Origin: Rubrivivax sp.
GTDB lineage: Bacteria; Pseudomonadota; Gammaproteobacteria; Burkholderiales; Burkholderiaceae_C
Length of the DNA: 64,000 nt
Direction of reading: 5' to 3'
Assembly (NCBI GenBank): GCA_044508835.1
Contig: JBIQHD010000013.1
Coordinates: 22,731-86,730 of the forward strand
The notes beneath the pieces were generated by a model, which made no database searches, was not told the DNA's origin, and saw nothing but the letters and a program-made list of their open reading frames with translations. Numbering within the stretch: position 1 is the stretch's first letter; every line of letters starts with the position of its first letter. Both the position numbers and the translations under genes were made by a program. This document shows, one piece after another, positions 59,148-64,000 of this stretch.

Positions 59148-60305
59148 ATGCAGCAACCCTGCGCATCCGACATGGACAAGACCGACCGATTCCTCCGTGC
59201 ACTGATCGTGCTGGCCGCGCTCGCCGCGAGCGCGGCGCTGTGGTGGCCCGCGCCGGCGCATGCGGCGCGCATCAAGGAGGTGGCCTCGGTGCAGGGCGTG
59301 CGCAGCAACGCGCTGGTGGGCTACGGCCTGGTCGTCGGGCTCGACGGCACGGGCGACCAGACCACCTCCACGCCCTTCACCACGCAGAGCCTGAAGGCGA
59401 TGCTGCAGCAGATGGGCGTGACGGTGCCCCCGGGCGTCAACATGCAGCTCAAGAACGTGGCGGCGGTGATGGTCACCGCCGAGCTGCCCGCCTTCGCGCA
59501 GCCGGGCCAGACCATCGACGTCGCCGTCTCGTCGCTCGGCAACGCCAAGAGCCTGCGCGGGGGCACGCTCATCGCCACGCCGCTCAAGGGTGCCGACGGC
59601 CAGATCTACGCGCTGGCGCAGGGCAACCTGATCGTCGGCGGCGCCGGCGCCTCGGCCGGCGGCTCCAAGGTGCAGATCAACCACCTGAGCGCCGGGCGCG
59701 TGCCCGCCGGCGCCACGGTCGAGCGCAGCGTGCCCACGCCGCTCGCCCAGGGCGACTCGCTGCAGCTCGACCTCAACACCCACGACTTCGCCACCGCCCG
59801 CGCCGTGGCGCGCGCCATCAACGAGCGCATGGGCGCGGGCCTGGCCGAGGCGCTGGACGGCCGCGCGATCCGCGTGCGCATGCCCGAGTCGGCGCACGCG
59901 CGGGTGGCCTTCATGGCCGACATCGAGAACCTGGACGTGCCGATGGCCGTGCCGGCGGCCAAGGTGGTGATCAACGCGCGCACCGGCTCGGTGGTGATGA
60001 ACCAGGCGGTGACGCTCGACGCCTGCGCCGTGGCGCACGGCAACCTGTCGGTGACCATCAGCTCCACGCCCATGGTCAGCCAGCCGGCGCCGCTGTCGCC
60101 GCGCGGCGAGACCGTGGTCTCGCAGAAGAGCGACATCACCATCGCCCAGCAGGGCGGCTCCCTCGTCGCGCTGCCCACCGGCACCAAGCTCACCGACGTG
60201 GTGAAGGCGCTCAACTCGCTCGGCGCCACGCCGCAGGACCTGCTCGCCATCCTGCAGGCGATGAAGTCCGCCGGGGCGCTGAACGCCGAGCTGGAAGTGA
60301 TCTGA
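59148..60305 (+). CDS. flgI: Flagellar P-ring protein FlgI
   Basis: A signal peptide is followed by [31 protein letters not shown]. Also present are GGTL..TPL.GADG..YA.AQG and LQA.K.AGAL.AELEVI. An alternative start lies at the ATG at 59172. Confidence 0.94.
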   Translation: MQQPCASDMDKTDRFLRALIVLAALAASAALWWPAPAHAARIKEVASVQGVRSNALVGYGLVVGLDGTGDQTTSTPFTTQSLKAMLQQMGVTVPPGVNMQLKNVAAVMVTAELPAFAQPGQTIDVAVSSLGNAKSLRGGTLIATPLKGADGQIYALAQGNLIVGGAGASAGGSKVQINHLSAGRVPAGATVERSVPTPLAQGDSLQLDLNTHDFATARAVARAINERMGAGLAEALDGRAIRVRMPESAHARVAFMADIENLDVPMAVPAAKVVINARTGSVVMNQAVTLDACAVAHGNLSVTISSTPMVSQPAPLSPRGETVVSQKSDITIAQQGGSLVALPTGTKLTDVVKALNSLGATPQDLLAILQAMKSAGALNAELEVI

Positions 60306-61180
60306 TGGCCGTCCCGTCCCCGCTCGCCACCGACCCGCGCCACCTCGGCGCGCTCAAGCTGCAGGCGTCCACCGACCCGAAGGCGGCGACGCGCGAGGCG
60401 GCCCGGCAGTTCGAGGCGCTGTTCATGCAGGAGCTGATGAAGAGCATGCGCGCGGCCACGATGTCCTCGGGCATGCTCGACAACGAAGGCTCCAAGCTCG
60501 GCACCGAGATGCTGGACCAGCAGTTCGCCACCCAGCTCACCGGCCTGCCGGGCGGCCTGGCCGACGCCATCGCGCGCCAGCTCGAGCGCCAGATGGGCGG
60601 CGCGAGCGCGCCGCAGGTCGACGGCCTGGCCGTACCGGCGCGCAGCGCGGCGGTGCGCGCCGCCCCTGCCGCCGGCGCGCCGCAGCGTGCGGCCACGAAC
60701 CTGCAGGACCACCAGGTCGGCTTCGTCTCCACCATGAGCGACGCCGCCCGCGCGGCCGAGGCCAAGACCGGCATCCCGGCCGAGTTCATGGTGGCGCAGG
60801 CCGCCCACGAATCGGGCTGGGGCCGCCACGAGATCCGCAACGCCGACGGCTCCGCCTCGCACAACGTCTTCGGCATCAAGGCCACCGGCGGCTGGAGCGG
60901 CAAGGTGGCCGAGGTGACGACCACCGAATACGTCGACGGCGAGCCGCGCAAGATGGTGGCCAAGTTCCGCGCCTACGGCAGCTACCGCGAAGCCTTCGAC
61001 GACTACGCGCGGCTGATGACCACCAGCCCGCGCTACAGCGGCGTCATCGCCAACGGCGGCACGGCCGAGGGCTTCGCGCGCGGCCTGCAGCGCGCCGGCT
61101 ACGCCACCGACCCGGCCTATGCCGAGAAGCTGACGAACGTGATCAACACGACGCTGCGGGTGCAGCGCTCGTACGGCTGA
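60305..61180 (+). CDS. flgJ: Flagellar rod-assembly protein / peptidoglycan hydrolase FlgJ
   Basis: The ATG overlaps the flgI stop (TGATG). The N-terminal rod-binding domain contains AARQFEALFMQELMKSMR. The C-terminal glucosaminidase domain contains AQAAHESGWG...NVFGIKA...F.AY.S....F.DY..L. Confidence 0.92.
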   Translation: MAVPSPLATDPRHLGALKLQASTDPKAATREAARQFEALFMQELMKSMRAATMSSGMLDNEGSKLGTEMLDQQFATQLTGLPGGLADAIARQLERQMGGASAPQVDGLAVPARSAAVRAAPAAGAPQRAATNLQDHQVGFVSTMSDAARAAEAKTGIPAEFMVAQAAHESGWGRHEIRNADGSASHNVFGIKATGGWSGKVAEVTTTEYVDGEPRKMVAKFRAYGSYREAFDDYARLMTTSPRYSGVIANGGTAEGFARGLQRAGYATDPAYAEKLTNVINTTLRVQRSYG

Positions 61181-61192
61181 GGCTGAACGGCC

Positions 61193-63163
61193 ATGGGCAC
61201 CTCCACCCTGATGGCACTGGGCACGCGGGCGATGACCGCGAGCTACGTGCAGCTGCAGACCACCGGCAACAACATCGCCAACGCCAACACGGTGGGCTAT
61301 TCGCGCCAGCAGGCGCAGCTGGTGACGGCCGGCGGGCAGTACACCGGCGCGGGCTTCTTCGGCCGCGGCGTCGACGTGTCCACCGTCACGCGCTCGTACG
61401 ACCGCTTCCTCACGAACCAGGCCACGGCCAGCGCGTCCATCTCCGCCGCCGACCAGGCCCGGCTCGGCCAGCTCAGCCAGCTCGAGCGGGTGTTCGCGCT
61501 GGGCGAGTCCGGCATCGGCTACGCCGCCGGGGAACTGCTCAACGCCTTCGTCGACGTGGCGAACAACCCGCAGGACGCCTCGTCGCGCCAGGTGGCGCTG
61601 GCGCGCGCGCGCGAGCTGTCGTCGCGCTTCCAGGCGGCCGGCGACCAGCTCGCGGCGCTGCAGGCGGGCGTCACGCAGGACGTGCGCGCCGGCGTCGACG
61701 CCGTCAACGCACTGGCGCAGCAGGTGGGGGTGCTCAACCGCGAGATCGCCGCCGCCAGCGGCACGGGCCACACGCCCAACGACCTGCTCGACCGGCGCGA
61801 CCAGCTCGTCGCGCAGATCAGCGAGAAGATCAACGTCACCAGCGTCTCGGCCGGCGACGGCTCAGTGGGCCTGTTCATCGGCGGCGGCCAGTCGCTGGTG
61901 CTGGGCTCCACGGTCAACCAGCTCAAGGCGGTGCCCGACGCCTACGACCCGTCGAAGCTGCAGCTGGCGATGCGCGAGGGCGGCAGCGACCGCATCGTGC
62001 CGCAGGACGCGCTCGCCGGCGGCTCGCTCGCCGGGATGCTGCGCTTCCAGAACGAGGACCTCGCCAGCGCGCGCAACCTGCTCGGCCAGCTGGCCGTGGC
62101 GATCAGCGCGGCCGTGAACGAGCAGCAGTCGCTCGGCCTCGACCTGGGCACGCCGGCGCGCGCCGGATCGCCGATCTTCTCGGTGGGCACCCCGCGCGCG
62201 CTGCCGGCCGGCGGCAACCAGGGCAACGCGAGCCTCGGCCTCGCGGTGGCCGACGGCTCGCTGGTGCAGGCGAGCGACTACGAGCTGCGCTTCGACGGCA
62301 GCCGCTACGCGCTCACGCGGCTGTCGGACGGCGCGGCCATGCCGGGCAGCCCGTACACCCCGTCGCAGCTCGCCGCCGGCGTCACCTTCGACGGCGTCAC
62401 CCTGCAGCTCGCCGCCGGCGGCGCCCTCGCCGGCGACCGCTTCCTGCTGCAGCCGGTGTCCAACGCGGCGCTGGACATGAAGACCGTGCTGAGCGATCCG
62501 AACGCGATCGCCGCGGCCTCGCCGGTCACGGCCGTCGCCGCGGCCACCAACACCGGCTCGGCCGAGGTGCTGTCGGCCCGGGTGGTCGACGCGGGCGCGT
62601 ACGTGCCCGGCCTCACCGCGAACATCACCTTCGACGACACGCTGGCGGCGCCCGACAACTACCGCTTCGAGCTGCGCGACGCGAGCAACACCCTCGTGGG
62701 CAGCGGCACGGGCACGTGGACGGCGGGCGAGCCGATCCGCCTCAACGGCTTCGAGCTGGGGTTCGACGGCGTGCCGCGCGACGGCGACACGATGAGCGTC
62801 GTGCCCACCACCGCCGTGGCCGGCAACAACGGCAACGCGCTCGCCTTCGCCGACCTGGCCGGCGTCGGCTTCATCGGCGCGCAGATGCAGGGCGGCGTGC
62901 TCGTTCCCGGCAAGAGCATCACCGACGCCTACGCCAGCGCGGTGGCGGAGATCGGCGTGCGCGTGCAGAGCGCGGGCACGGCGGCGGGGATCTCGGCGTC
63001 GGTGGCGTCCGACGCGGAGACGGCGCGCGCCAACAAGGCCGGCGTCAACCTCGACGAGGAGGCCGCCAAGCTGATCCAGTTCCAGCAGAGCTACCAGGCC
63101 GCGGCCAAGATGCTGCAGGTGGCGCAGTCGGTGTTCGACACGCTGCTCGAGCAGATGGGCTGA
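61193..63163 (+). CDS. flgK: Flagellar hook-associated protein 1, FlgK
   Basis: The N-terminus is LQTTGNNIANANTVGYSRQ. The C-terminus is GVNLDEEAAKLIQFQQSYQAAAKMLQVAQSVFDTLL. The protein is 656 aa. Confidence 0.93.
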   Translation: MGTSTLMALGTRAMTASYVQLQTTGNNIANANTVGYSRQQAQLVTAGGQYTGAGFFGRGVDVSTVTRSYDRFLTNQATASASISAADQARLGQLSQLERVFALGESGIGYAAGELLNAFVDVANNPQDASSRQVALARARELSSRFQAAGDQLAALQAGVTQDVRAGVDAVNALAQQVGVLNREIAAASGTGHTPNDLLDRRDQLVAQISEKINVTSVSAGDGSVGLFIGGGQSLVLGSTVNQLKAVPDAYDPSKLQLAMREGGSDRIVPQDALAGGSLAGMLRFQNEDLASARNLLGQLAVAISAAVNEQQSLGLDLGTPARAGSPIFSVGTPRALPAGGNQGNASLGLAVADGSLVQASDYELRFDGSRYALTRLSDGAAMPGSPYTPSQLAAGVTFDGVTLQLAAGGALAGDRFLLQPVSNAALDMKTVLSDPNAIAAASPVTAVAAATNTGSAEVLSARVVDAGAYVPGLTANITFDDTLAAPDNYRFELRDASNTLVGSGTGTWTAGEPIRLNGFELGFDGVPRDGDTMSVVPTTAVAGNNGNALAFADLAGVGFIGAQMQGGVLVPGKSITDAYASAVAEIGVRVQSAGTAAGISASVASDAETARANKAGVNLDEEAAKLIQFQQSYQAAAKMLQVAQSVFDTLLEQMG

Positions 63164-63193
63164 CCGCCGAACGATTGAACCCCGGAAACCCCC

Positions 63194-64000
63194 ATGCGCA
63201 TCACCACCGCCAACGCCTACGACAACTCCCTCGACACGCTGATGCGCCGCCAGGTGGAGCTGGCGAAGTCGCAGGAGCAGCTGACCACCGGCAAGCGCGT
63301 CAACCGGGCGAGCGACGACCCGGCGGCGGCCGCGCGGGCCGAGCGCGCGCTCGCCGCCGAGGCGCGCAGCACCGCGCGCATGCGCGGCGTGGACGCGAGC
63401 CTGAACGCCATGTCGCTCACCGAGAACGCGCTCGGCGACGCGACCGAGCTGATGCAGCAGGTGCGCGAGGCCCTGGTCGCCGCCGGCAACGCCACCTACA
63501 GCGACGAGGAGCGCCTCGTGCTGGCCGACAAGATCGCCGGCCTGCGCCAGCAGCTGCTGGGCGTGGCGAACCGCGCCGACGGCGCGGGCAACTACCTGTT
63601 CGGCGGCCAGGGCGTGACGCAGCCGCCCTTCGTCGACGCCGCCGGCGGCGTGGTCTTCCGCGGCACCGACGGCCAGCTGCAGGCCGCCGCGGGCGAGGCG
63701 CTGCCGCTGTCCGTCGACGGCCGCCGCGCCTGGATGAGCGCCCGCTCGGGCAACGGCGTGTTCGAGACCACGGCCGTGACGAGCACCGGCACCGCCTGGA
63801 TCGACAGCGGCAGCGTCACCGACGCCAGCCTGGCCGGCACCAACTCCACCTACCGCATCGAGTTCAGCATCGTCGGCGGCGACACCTTCTACTCGGTGCT
63901 GCGCGACGGCACCTCGGTGCTGGCCAGCCAGCCCTTCACCCCGGGCCAGGCCATCGAGATCGACGGCCGCGCGGCCACCGTCAGCGGCGCCCCGGCCGAC
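63194..64000 (+). CDS. flgL: Flagellar hook-associated protein 3, FlgL (5' part; continues past the window end)
   Basis: MRITTANAYDNSLDTLMRRQVELAKSQEQLTTGKRVNRASDDPAAAA is a flagellin-N-type start. The frame is open to nt 64000. It is absent from the ORF track because no stop falls in the window. Confidence 0.85.
   Translation, partial: MRITTANAYDNSLDTLMRRQVELAKSQEQLTTGKRVNRASDDPAAAARAERALAAEARSTARMRGVDASLNAMSLTENALGDATELMQQVREALVAAGNATYSDEERLVLADKIAGLRQQLLGVANRADGAGNYLFGGQGVTQPPFVDAAGGVVFRGTDGQLQAAAGEALPLSVDGRRAWMSARSGNGVFETTAVTSTGTAWIDSGSVTDASLAGTNSTYRIEFSIVGGDTFYSVLRDGTSVLASQPFTPGQAIEIDGRAATVSGAPAD

Overview
This is a very GC-rich chromosomal segment; codon third positions are almost always G/C, and many long alternative-frame ORFs are artefacts of that. 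The gene content and the Bug-family binding protein point to a betaproteobacterium, probably Burkholderiales/Comamonadaceae-like. I support about 57 protein-coding genes, and I saw no rRNA, tRNA, CRISPR array, integrase or transposase.

Gene content by coordinate:
- 1-14.2 kb: housekeeping and stress genes. These are an acyl-CoA synthetase 3' end, an aldo-keto reductase, ybaK, argC with a divergent LysR regulator, plsY, a glutaredoxin-like protein, catalase, an HPF-like protein, the yciO/yciV pair, a PQQ sugar dehydrogenase, an MCP, recJ and a conserved hypothetical.
- 14.25-15.39 kb: a 1.1-kb gene-free block made entirely of nested inverted repeats.
- 15.4-23.2 kb: a cyanophycin locus. A DUF1854 protein and an ABC exporter with an N-terminal extension are read divergently from two tandem cyanophycin synthetase paralogues. 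The first paralogue has a degenerate Mur-ligase-type domain.
- 23.4-33.3 kb: a THxN-type PEP-CTERM protein behind a sigma-54-type promoter, an EgtB/SUMF1-like enzyme, an XdhC-like protein, a GAF-PAS-HTH regulator lacking an AAA+ module, a hybrid histidine kinase, and two orphan solute-binding proteins.
- 33.6-51.8 kb: a DctB/DctD-like sigma-54 two-component pair, panCB, scpA, DUF3460, a lipoprotein, a SulP transporter, metG, apbC, DUF962, dcd, ypfJ, DUF1801, an FMN 2-hydroxyacid dehydrogenase, dinB, and a siderophore-interacting protein with a divergent MarR regulator.
- 51.8-64.0 kb: a canonical flagellar locus, flgNMA divergent from flgBCDEFGHIJKL, with flgL running off the window.

I do not see a clear-cut new multigene system such as a defence island. 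The observations most worth follow-up are:
1. The giant palindromic repeat block at 14.25-15.39 kb, and the dispersed repeat unit it shares with 26.76-26.88 kb.
2. A roughly 90-nt three-hairpin element present twice inside the flg operon (flgB|flgC and flgF|flgG), with compensatory base changes between the copies.
3. The functionally uncharacterised ABC/DUF1854 pair next to the cphA'/cphA genes.
4. A roughly 90-residue alanine-rich insert in the hook protein FlgE.

All functional calls come from reading the translated ORFs. No database search was run.
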